From positions 1-32,722 of the forward strand of contig CAZPRG010000003.1 in the NCBI GenBank assembly GCA_964588675.1: a stretch of DNA of 32,722 bases. Reading direction: 5' to 3'. The first letter of the stretch is position 1. Each line of letters begins with the position of its first letter. The notes under the pieces are model-generated. The model worked only from the letters and a program-made list of their open reading frames with translations. It did not search any database and had not been told where the DNA came from. Source of the DNA: an uncultured Ignavibacteria bacterium. Lineage in GTDB: Bacteria; Zixibacteria; MSB-5A5; SM1-73. The position numbers and the translations under genes were made by a program. Of this stretch, positions 23,448 to 30,684 are shown one piece after another.

Positions 23448-24083
23448 ATGATGAGAGATCGGCAGCGCTTCATCCGCCCGGCCTCACTGCTGGTGGGCGC
23501 TTTGGCCTGGATGATGATGTTTGCAGCTTTTGCCTCGGCAGAGAATGATCCCTTCGGCAAGCCGGATACCTGTCGGATCCTGGTGGACCAGGACCAGAAG
23601 ACCGGACAGGGGGTAATACACGTGTCGGTTTTCAACGACGAGGACCTGGCCGCCTTAACCCTGCCGTTCTCTTACGGCGACGGGGACAGTCCGGTGCGGT
23701 GCGATTCGGTGAGGTTCCGTAATACCCGAACGGAGTTCTTCGACATGAGGACCGCCAGCATCGACACGGTAGGCCAGACCGTGTTGATCGGACTTATCGC
23801 CGACATGACCGGAAAAAAGCCGCCTATGCCGAAGGGGGACGGAGAAGTAGCCGTCATCTACTTCACTTTTCCGGCCAACCAGCGGTTCCACGACTTCGTG
23901 ATGGATACCACCATGGTCAAGCCCTTCAACCTGCTCAAGTTCGTGACCCCGGACGTCAAGGCGGTGTATCCCGAGTTCGACAACTCTCAGGCTCTGATAA
24001 GGGGCGGAATCCCCATCCGCGCTCCGGAGAAGCCCAAGGAAGGAGAAAACCCGCCGGAAAAGAAGGCAGAGGAGAAAAGGTAA
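23448..24083 (+). CDS. Small secreted protein with cohesin-like beta-sandwich sequence pattern and Lys/Glu/Pro-rich tail
   Basis: The SD gggaggag sits directly before ATGATG at 23448. The signal or anchor is ASLLVGALAWMMMFAAFASA/EN. The pattern GQGVIHVSVFNDEDLAALTLPFSYGDG...TVGQTVLIGLIADMTGKKPPMPKGDGEVAVIYFTFPAN resembles a cohesin domain. The corresponding cohesin positions are G-x-V-x-V-x-V ... F-x-Y-D ... I-x-F-x-F ... DG-x-A-x-I-x-F. The C-terminal tail is RAPEKPKEGENPPEKKAEEKR. Confidence 0.65.
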   Translation: MMRDRQRFIRPASLLVGALAWMMMFAAFASAENDPFGKPDTCRILVDQDQKTGQGVIHVSVFNDEDLAALTLPFSYGDGDSPVRCDSVRFRNTRTEFFDMRTASIDTVGQTVLIGLIADMTGKKPPMPKGDGEVAVIYFTFPANQRFHDFVMDTTMVKPFNLLKFVTPDVKAVYPEFDNSQALIRGGIPIRAPEKPKEGENPPEKKAEEKR

Positions 24084-24102
24084 CGGGAGTGTTGTACAGA
24101 GA

Positions 24103-24130
24103 CCCCGGCTTTGCGGCCGGGGTTTGTTTT
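24103..24130 (+). terminator. Rho-independent terminator after the cohesin-like gene
   Basis: The stem ccccggc (24103-24109) pairs with gccgggg (24116-24122) around a 6-nt loop. tttgtttt (24123-24130) follows, 20 nt past the stop codon. Confidence 0.8.
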
Positions 24131-24384
24131 CCCCGACGCCCACCAGAGGTGAGTTGTGCACGTATTCTGGGATGGGAGAATGTGGGGAAAGTTGGGAAGG
24201 CGCCGATGACAGGGGCTGTTTTGGGTATCTTAATGTGAGCTGAACGAGAGCGTTTGCCGGCAGGGCCCGGCCGCTGCACGGTTGGTCCGACGGACCAAAC
24301 CCAGTCAGAGGGCTGCCGCCGGCCGAGCGTCGACGCTGCGGCGAACCGAATTCAACGGCAGACGGGATGAGATGAAGCTCACCG

Positions 24385-24412
24385 TTGACAAATTCAGGAT
24401 ATGACCTATATT
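24385..24412 (+). promoter_or_regulatory. Near-consensus sigma70-type promoter for the M14 peptidase gene
   Basis: TTGACA (24385-24390), a 16-nt spacer, then TATATT (24407-24412). This implies a leader of roughly 145 nt before the start codon. Confidence 0.55.
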
Positions 24413-24561
24413 GGTTTATAGGATAGGAAAGGTCAAGGGTTCGCCCGATGGGCTGCTTGTCTTGCACCATGATCCGGCCTTCCGACAAAAACTTCACTGG
24501 TCTTCAAAATTTAAGTCATGTGACGATCGAGATCGATCCATAAAAGACACCGGAGGTGAAC

Positions 24562-26730
24562 GTGAAAGTCGCAAGAGTGTTGGTGGCGTGCTTGCTCTTG
24601 GTGGGGGTGTTTTCCATGGCCGCAGCTGCTTCTGACCAGAAGGTGATGCAGGTCAGGATTTATCCGGCAGACAAGTCCCAGGTGGAGGAGATATTGGGCC
24701 TGCGGCTGGACGTGGCCTATGTCAAGGCGGATGAATACATCGATATCATAACCGATCAGGAGGAGTTGGGCCGACTGCTTTCCAAGGGATTTGACGCCAA
24801 TATCGTCCACTCGGATTTGGTGGCCTTTTATCAGAGCAGGCTGGAGAAGGGAAAGGCCATGGGGGGGTACCACACGTACAGCGAGGTCATGGCTGCTCTG
24901 GATTCCATGCATGCGCTTCATCCCTCCATCACCACGGCCAAGATGGACATTGGGCACAGTTATGAGGATAGCGTAATCTGGGCCATCAAGATATCGGATA
25001 ACCCCACGGTGGACGAGGACGAGCCGGAGGTGTTTTTCAACTCCTTGATTCACGCTCGCGAGCCGGCAGGCATGGAAGTTCTGCTGTACTTTATGTGGTA
25101 CCTTCTGGACAACTACGGAACCGATCCGGTAGCCACCCATCTGGTCAACGACCGGGAGCTGTGGTTCGTTCCGGTGGTGAACCCGGAAGGATACTGCTAC
25201 AATGAATACCAACACCCAGGGGGCGGGGGGATGTGGCGGGCGAATCGGCGCGACTGCGGCGCAGACTACGGGGTGGACTTGAACAGGAACTGGAGCTACA
25301 TGTGGGGATACGACGACGAAGGCTCCAGTCCCTACTGCGGCGAGGAGACCTATCGAGGTACCGGCCCCTTCTCCGAGCCCACAACCCAGGCCATGAGAGA
25401 TTTCATCCTCAGCCATCACTTCGTCATGTGCCTGGACAATCACACCTGGGGCATGTGGCTGATCTATCCCTGGTGCTATGATCGTCTCTACACTCCGGAC
25501 CACAATCTTTTCGTGGCCATTACCGATTCCATGGCCGTTTTCAACGGGCACACGCCCGGCACGGCCTGGGAGACGGTCAACTACCCGGTCAACGGTGGAA
25601 GCGTTGATTGGGAATACGGAGAAGCCGGGATCATCGGCATCAGCCCGGAGATCGGCAACGAGAGTGACGGGTTTTGGCCTCCGCCATCCAGGATACTGCC
25701 CTTGTGCCAGCTGGAGCTGCCGGCCAATCTTCTATATGCGGAACTGGCGGACAACCCTCGCCGGATACTCCCGCCCAACGCACCTACACTGGCGGCCATT
25801 GATTCCGTCCCGGCCGACTACACCATCCGCTGGTCGCATCAAGACACTCTGAACCCCGCGGCAGCCTTCGAGCTGGTGGAGATGACGGGCTTTTCCAGAT
25901 CCACCTATGATGTGGAAAGCGGGTATCCGAGTTGGCAGTTGGATGGATTCACGGTCTCCGCCACCAGAAGTCACTCTCCCACCCACAGCTTTTATTCCGG
26001 CAAGGCAAACAATCTGAACAACAAGGTGACCTGCGCGTCCAGCATCAACGTTCAGCCGAACGACAGCCTCAAGATCTGGTGCTGGTACAACATCGAGGAA
26101 AACTGGGACTACGCTTACGTGGAGGTGTCCACCGACGGGGGCGCCAGTTTCTCTCCCATCCCGGGAAACATCACCACCACCTACAACCCCCACGGCTACA
26201 ACCAGGGGAACGGCATCACCGGTTCCTCCGGAGGAGCATGGGTAGAAGGTAAATTCAGCCTCAGCAGTTATATGGGGCAGCAGATTTATCTGCGCTTGCG
26301 TTACGCAACCGATGACTGGACCACCTATGATGGGTTCTATGCCGACGACATCTATCCGTTCGAGAGTTACGAATCCATCGTCTCCCTGTCCGATGCCATC
26401 CCCGACACGTTCTACCAGATCACCGGACAGGAGAACGGAACTTTCAGCTACAAGGTCAGGGCCGAGGACCAGCAGAATCAGTGGGGCGCCTGGAGCAACG
26501 TGGAGACGGCGGTGGTGTTCGAAGAGCAGTTCACCAGGGGAGATGCCAACGGGGACGGGACCATCACCCTAAGCGACGTGGTGTTTCTGATCAACTACCT
26601 GTACAAGAACGGACCGGTTCCCGACCCTCCGGCTGCCGGGGATGCCACCAGCGATGGTCAAACAGATTTGGCGGATGTGGTGTATTTACTTAACTATCTG
26701 TACAAAGGAGGTCCACCTCCCCAGAAATAG
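24562..26730 (+). CDS. Secreted M14 zinc carboxypeptidase with jelly-roll/FN3-like accessory region and C-terminal dockerin-type module
   Basis: I prefer the GTG at 24562 because GGAGG lies 5 nt upstream. The ORF-track start is the GTG at 24556. The signal peptide is KVARVLVACLLLVGVFSMAAAA. M14 motifs are NSLIHAREPAG (HxxE), WRANRR, GVDLNRNW, LDNHTWG, GGSVDWEY and ISPEIG. The dockerin module spans 26539-26727 (DANGDGTITLSDVVFLINYLYK and DATSDGQTDLADVVYLLNYLYK). Confidence 0.9.
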   Translation: MKVARVLVACLLLVGVFSMAAAASDQKVMQVRIYPADKSQVEEILGLRLDVAYVKADEYIDIITDQEELGRLLSKGFDANIVHSDLVAFYQSRLEKGKAMGGYHTYSEVMAALDSMHALHPSITTAKMDIGHSYEDSVIWAIKISDNPTVDEDEPEVFFNSLIHAREPAGMEVLLYFMWYLLDNYGTDPVATHLVNDRELWFVPVVNPEGYCYNEYQHPGGGGMWRANRRDCGADYGVDLNRNWSYMWGYDDEGSSPYCGEETYRGTGPFSEPTTQAMRDFILSHHFVMCLDNHTWGMWLIYPWCYDRLYTPDHNLFVAITDSMAVFNGHTPGTAWETVNYPVNGGSVDWEYGEAGIIGISPEIGNESDGFWPPPSRILPLCQLELPANLLYAELADNPRRILPPNAPTLAAIDSVPADYTIRWSHQDTLNPAAAFELVEMTGFSRSTYDVESGYPSWQLDGFTVSATRSHSPTHSFYSGKANNLNNKVTCASSINVQPNDSLKIWCWYNIEENWDYAYVEVSTDGGASFSPIPGNITTTYNPHGYNQGNGITGSSGGAWVEGKFSLSSYMGQQIYLRLRYATDDWTTYDGFYADDIYPFESYESIVSLSDAIPDTFYQITGQENGTFSYKVRAEDQQNQWGAWSNVETAVVFEEQFTRGDANGDGTITLSDVVFLINYLYKNGPVPDPPAAGDATSDGQTDLADVVYLLNYLYKGGPPPQK
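26539..26727 (+). other. Dockerin type-I-like double EF-hand module (domain within the M14 CDS)
   Basis: Two DxxxDGxxxxxD loops are each followed by the helix V(V/F)(F/Y)L(I/L)NYLYK and a Gly-Pro-rich spacer. This is the same module design as the C25 peptidase tail at 10186-10377. Confidence 0.75.
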
Positions 26731-26772
26731 CGGGGAATTTGCGATATCGACCACGATCATTCTTCAAAGCCC

Positions 26773-26847
26773 GGGAGCGGTTAGTCTGAAGTTTCCCTTA
26801 TTTGCCCCCCTTTTAACCCCCTTTTCAGACATCCGCTCCCTTTTTTT
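26773..26847 (+). terminator. Composite long hairpin plus T7 after the M14 gene (probable terminator)
   Basis: gggagcgg (26773-26780) pairs with ccgctccc (26833-26840). An inner stem, gtctgaa with ttcagac, encloses a C/T-rich 31-nt apical loop. ttttttt (26841-26847) follows. Confidence 0.5.
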
Positions 26848-27093
26848 GTCCGGAGAGAGCCTGTCTAAACGGGATTATCCTTTCTTCCTGGTAAGCTCCG
26901 GTTCAAGCCACACTGCGGTTGGAGCGAGGATCGACGAGACTCCGAGTACAACTCCGATTGCGCAGAATCCGATCAGAGATCCTTTCGCCATCTCAAATAA
27001 ACAGGACAGAAGCCATCGTATTTAGACTAAAGATTCTCCTGAAAGAGAAAACGCGTTTTGATCGGATTGGAAAAAAACCCGGTGCACATTTCA

Positions 27094-27486
27094 TTGACTT
27101 CGACGAAACGGTTCCTGGCAGCGCTGGTCGCGGCATTTTTTCTGCTTCCTTTAGCTTCTGGAAAAACATGCGTCATGCCGCGAGTCTCACGAGAAAGGTG
27201 TTGTTCGAATTGCTGCTGTCGTAACTCAAACACGCCGGTGCAGAATCAGGGGCCGGGAAAGCAGAATTGCCCCTGCCGGGTGGCAGAGAAGCAGCAGGAA
27301 ACGACCTCTCCGGCAACAGCTCCTTCCAACCAGGACCGCCCGCCCGATTTGCAGCCGGCTTTCTTCGGTACCCACCAGGCCGCCCAAGCCTGCCTGTGCC
27401 AAACTGAAGGTCCCACGCCGGAGGCGGTTTTCTTCCCCGGAAGAGGTCAACCCCTTTTCATTCTTCACTCCTCACTTCTAATCTAA
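27094..27486 (+). CDS. Possible small secreted Cys-rich (metallothionein-like) protein upstream of the metal efflux operon; coding status uncertain
   Basis: The ORF is open over 27058-27486. A TTG at 27094 would give a signal-peptide-like N-terminus, MTSTKRFLAALVAAFFLLPLASG. Ten Cys follow, clustered as C, CC-x2-CCC, CPC and CLC. No start candidate (27058, 27094 or 27175) has a convincing SD. Confidence 0.3.
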   Translation: MTSTKRFLAALVAAFFLLPLASGKTCVMPRVSRERCCSNCCCRNSNTPVQNQGPGKQNCPCRVAEKQQETTSPATAPSNQDRPPDLQPAFFGTHQAAQACLCQTEGPTPEAVFFPGRGQPLFILHSSLLI

Positions 27487-27627
27487 TTCCTGAAGTAGAA
27501 CCCAAGGGCCAACTATCTGTTGTGCTCCGCGCGGGGAAGATGTAACTTGACGTGATTGCTGACATCCTCCCCAGAGCAACGGGTTGTCCCTTTCGGGATG
27601 AGTCTATCTTTACTTCAGGAGGTCAAG

Positions 27628-28917
27628 TTGAAAAAAACTCTCTTTGGGTGCGGGCTTCTGATCTGCCTGCTCCTGTTGGGGCCGACGGCCACCAAAGGAC
27701 GGGCGCAAGGGCTGGTCTTGGATTCTCTGATAGCAGAGGCGCTCAGAGCCAACCCGGATTTGGCCGCAGCCCAGCTTCGCTATCAGGCCTTCCAGGCAAG
27801 AGTTCCCCAGGCCGGCTCGCTGCCCGATCCCATGCTGAAGGCCACCGCCTCCAATCTGCCCGTCGATTCCTGGGACCTAAACCGAACACCCATGAGCGGT
27901 ATCGAATTCATGCTCACCCAGACTATTCCCTTTCCCGGGAAGCTGGGGCTGAAGAAAAGCGCGGCCCGAAGCCTGGCCCGGAAGGCGGAATCCGATTATG
28001 AGACTGCTGCGGATTTCGTGGTGGCCCAGCTCAAGGCCGACTATTACCGGCTCTACCTGCTGGATGAGTCCATCGATATCACCCGGGAGAACAAGAGCCT
28101 GCTGCAGGAGTTCGCCCAGGTGGCCTCCACCCGATATTCCGTGGGCAAAGGTCTTCAGCAGGACGTGCTCAAGGCCCAAGTGGAGGTGTCCAAGATGACG
28201 GACCAGCTGGTTTCGCTGGAGGAGGGCAGACGAACTGCCCGGGCCGAGATCAACGTTCTTCTCAACCGCAGTCCCCAGGATTCCCTGGACCGGCCGGAGA
28301 GCCTGCGATTTCGGGAGATGACTTACTCCGAGACCGAGCTCCAGAGCATGGCCGTGGATTCGAACCCCGCTTTGCAGGGGATGGAGTCGACCGTGCGGGC
28401 GGCCGAGTCGTCACACCGGCTGGCACGCCGCGAGTACCTGCCGGATTTGGCTTTTTCGGTCAGTTACCGGGTGCGGGAAGAGGTGCCCGGTGACCCGGTG
28501 CGGGGAGTGGGTTTCTTCTCCGCCTCGGTGGGGGTGAACGTGCCGCTTTACTTCTGGTCGAAGCAGAAGAGAAAGGTGGAGGAGAAGGAATCGGAGCTGA
28601 AATCCGCCCGCTTCAAGTACGAGCAGATGACCAACCAGGTGAAGCTGGCGGTATCCCGACTTTTCTATTCGCTGGCCAGATACAAAGAGCAGGTCCAGCT
28701 TTATGGATCGGCCATCCTGCCCCAGGCCCGGGCTTCGCTGGAATCCGCCCGGTCGGGCTACCAGGTGGACAAGGTGGACTTTCTGACGCTGCTTAACAGC
28801 CAGACGACCCTTTACAACTACCGGATCGCCTATCATCAGGCTCTAAGTTCGTATTTTTCGACCGTGGCCCGGCTGGAGGAGATGGTCGGCAGGTCGCTGC
28901 TCGAGGAAGGAGAATAG
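27628..28917 (+). CDS. cusC: TolC-family outer-membrane efflux protein (CusC/CzcC-like)
   Basis: I chose the TTG start at 27628 because AGGAGG lies 5 nt upstream. This gives the signal peptide MKKTLFGCGLLICLLLLGPTATKGRA. The family N-terminal motif is LVLDSLIAEALRANPDLAAAQ. There are two coiled-coil/barrel repeats (...ATRYSVGKGLQQDVLKAQVE... and ...SARSGYQVDKVDFLTLLNSQTTL...). The ORF-track start at 27556 is the alternative. Confidence 0.85.
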   Translation: MKKTLFGCGLLICLLLLGPTATKGRAQGLVLDSLIAEALRANPDLAAAQLRYQAFQARVPQAGSLPDPMLKATASNLPVDSWDLNRTPMSGIEFMLTQTIPFPGKLGLKKSAARSLARKAESDYETAADFVVAQLKADYYRLYLLDESIDITRENKSLLQEFAQVASTRYSVGKGLQQDVLKAQVEVSKMTDQLVSLEEGRRTARAEINVLLNRSPQDSLDRPESLRFREMTYSETELQSMAVDSNPALQGMESTVRAAESSHRLARREYLPDLAFSVSYRVREEVPGDPVRGVGFFSASVGVNVPLYFWSKQKRKVEEKESELKSARFKYEQMTNQVKLAVSRLFYSLARYKEQVQLYGSAILPQARASLESARSGYQVDKVDFLTLLNSQTTLYNYRIAYHQALSSYFSTVARLEEMVGRSLLEEGE

Positions 28918-28920
28918 ATC

Positions 28921-30672
28921 ATGTCGCAGAATAAATCGAAATGGTGGGCGGTGGTTCTGGTGGTAATAGTGGCTTTGGGTGCGGGAGCCGTGGGAGGGCT
29001 TCTGATCGCAGAAAAATCGTCGGGCCCGACCCAGACGACGGCAACCGAGACGGCCGGCGGCAAGCAGCTTTATTCCTGCGGCATGCATCCCGACATCATC
29101 CGCGACCAACCGGGGAATTGTCCCATTTGCGGAATGAAACTCACGCCGGTCAAGACCGCTTCCGCAGCGGCAGCCGTGCCGCCCGGTGAGCGAAAGATAA
29201 AGTACTGGCGGGCGCCCATGGATCCGACCTACATCTCCGACAAACCGGGAAAGTCGCCCATGGGAATGGATCTGGTGCCGGTGTATGAAGACCAGATCGA
29301 GGAAGGCGCCATCGCCATAGATCCGGTCACTGTTCAGAACATGGGTCTGCGGACCGTGGCGGTCCGAACCGGCAGGCTGACCCGGACCATCCGGACGGTG
29401 GCCAACGTGACCTATGACGAGCGGAAGCTGTACGTGATAAACACCAAGATCGACGGCTGGATAGAGAAGCTGTACGTGAACGAAACCGGGCAGGAGGTCA
29501 AAGAGGACCAGCCGCTTCTGGAGATATATTCGCCCGATTTGGTCAGCACCCAGGAGGAGTACCTCTCCGCGGCTAAGAACTACCAGTCGCTCAAGGACAG
29601 CCCTTACCAGGACGTGCGCCAGGGGGCGCTGGAGCTTCTGAATTCCACCCGCCGGAGACTGGAGTACTGGGGCATCGATGAGGGCCAGATTCGGAATCTG
29701 GAAAGCGGCGCCGGAATGAAGAAAACCTTGACTCTCAACTCGCCGGCCCGGGGAGTGGTGGTTCACAAGGACGCGGTGGAAGGCACCTACGTCAAGGCCG
29801 GGTCGGACCTTTTCAGAATCGCCGATCTTTCCACGGTGTGGGTTCTGGCCTCCGTTTACGAATATCAGCTTCCCTACCTAAAGCTGGGTCAGACGGCCCG
29901 GGTGAGCCTGCCTTATCTCCCCGGGGAGTCGTTCGAGGGGAAGGTGTCCTATGTTTATCCCTATCTGGATGCCAAGGCTCGCGACGTCAAGGTGCGGCTG
30001 GAGTTTTCCAATCCCGATCTCAAGCTTAAGCCGGAGATGTACGCCGATGTGGTGATCGAATCCGATCTGCCGGGGATGAGGGTTTTGGTTCCCGAGGAGG
30101 CCGTGATTCACTCCGGCAAGAGGGAGATAGTATTCGTGGATCTTGGGGAGGGCAAGTTTGCCCCCCGGGAGATCGTCACCGGCGTGAGCGGAGAGGGAAA
30201 TGTGGTGGAGGTAAAAGAGGGGCTTATGCCAGGCGAGACCATCGTGGCTTCAGGTCAGTTCATGCTGGACTCGGAGAGCAAGACCCAGGAGGCCATCCAG
30301 AAAATGATCAGCGCCCAGACCGCCGGCTCGTCCAAGCCGCAGTCCCAAGTTTCGCCCGTTCCGGACAGCTCTGAACGGACCGAAGCTCAGCAAGCCGAAA
30401 CCGGGACCAAGAACCTGAACCTGACCCCGGATAAGAAGGCCGATTTCGCCGACCAGGTCTACACTTGTCCCATGCCCGAACACAGCTATGTCCTTCAGGT
30501 GGGTCCGGGAACCTGTCCGGAATGCGGGATGGATTTGGTCCCCATCACCCAGACCGGCAGGACGGTTTACACCTGCCCCATGCCGGAGCATCATCACATC
30601 CTTTCCGACCAGCCCGGCGAGTGCCCGGAGTGCGGCATGAAGCTGGTGCCGCTTGGAAGCAAGTCGGAATGA
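28921..30672 (+). CDS. cusB: Efflux RND periplasmic adaptor (CusB-like membrane fusion protein) carrying three CxxC-type heavy-metal-binding modules
   Basis: An SD (aggagaa) precedes the start, and there is an N-terminal TM helix. MFP core motifs are [31 protein letters not shown] and [12 protein letters not shown]. Metal-binding modules lie at 29071-29142 ([24 protein letters not shown]) and 30460-30654 (two tandem copies). Confidence 0.9.
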   Translation: MSQNKSKWWAVVLVVIVALGAGAVGGLLIAEKSSGPTQTTATETAGGKQLYSCGMHPDIIRDQPGNCPICGMKLTPVKTASAAAAVPPGERKIKYWRAPMDPTYISDKPGKSPMGMDLVPVYEDQIEEGAIAIDPVTVQNMGLRTVAVRTGRLTRTIRTVANVTYDERKLYVINTKIDGWIEKLYVNETGQEVKEDQPLLEIYSPDLVSTQEEYLSAAKNYQSLKDSPYQDVRQGALELLNSTRRRLEYWGIDEGQIRNLESGAGMKKTLTLNSPARGVVVHKDAVEGTYVKAGSDLFRIADLSTVWVLASVYEYQLPYLKLGQTARVSLPYLPGESFEGKVSYVYPYLDAKARDVKVRLEFSNPDLKLKPEMYADVVIESDLPGMRVLVPEEAVIHSGKREIVFVDLGEGKFAPREIVTGVSGEGNVVEVKEGLMPGETIVASGQFMLDSESKTQEAIQKMISAQTAGSSKPQSQVSPVPDSSERTEAQQAETGTKNLNLTPDKKADFADQVYTCPMPEHSYVLQVGPGTCPECGMDLVPITQTGRTVYTCPMPEHHHILSDQPGECPECGMKLVPLGSKSE

Positions 30673-30684
30673 GGGGGATATGAC

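Noticed and set aside
24511-25551. 346-aa minus-strand ORF opposite the M14 carboxypeptidase gene
   Set aside because: It is antisense to a CDS with complete M14 catalytic motifs. The product is Val/His/Gly/Pro-rich with no recognisable domain, so I treat it as a shadow ORF.
26875-26991. 38-aa minus-strand ORF (MAKGSLIGFCAIGVVLGVSSILAPTAVWLEPELTRKKG) resembling a small membrane peptide
   Set aside because: It has no SD, is very short, and lies in an intergenic region with several competing frames. Sequence alone cannot separate it from chance.
26919-27233. ORFs of 101 aa (plus strand) and 68 aa (minus strand) overlapping the start of the Cys-rich ORF
   Set aside because: They have no motifs, no signal sequences and no SD. 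They compete with, and are less distinctive than, the Cys-rich frame, which is itself only a low-confidence call.
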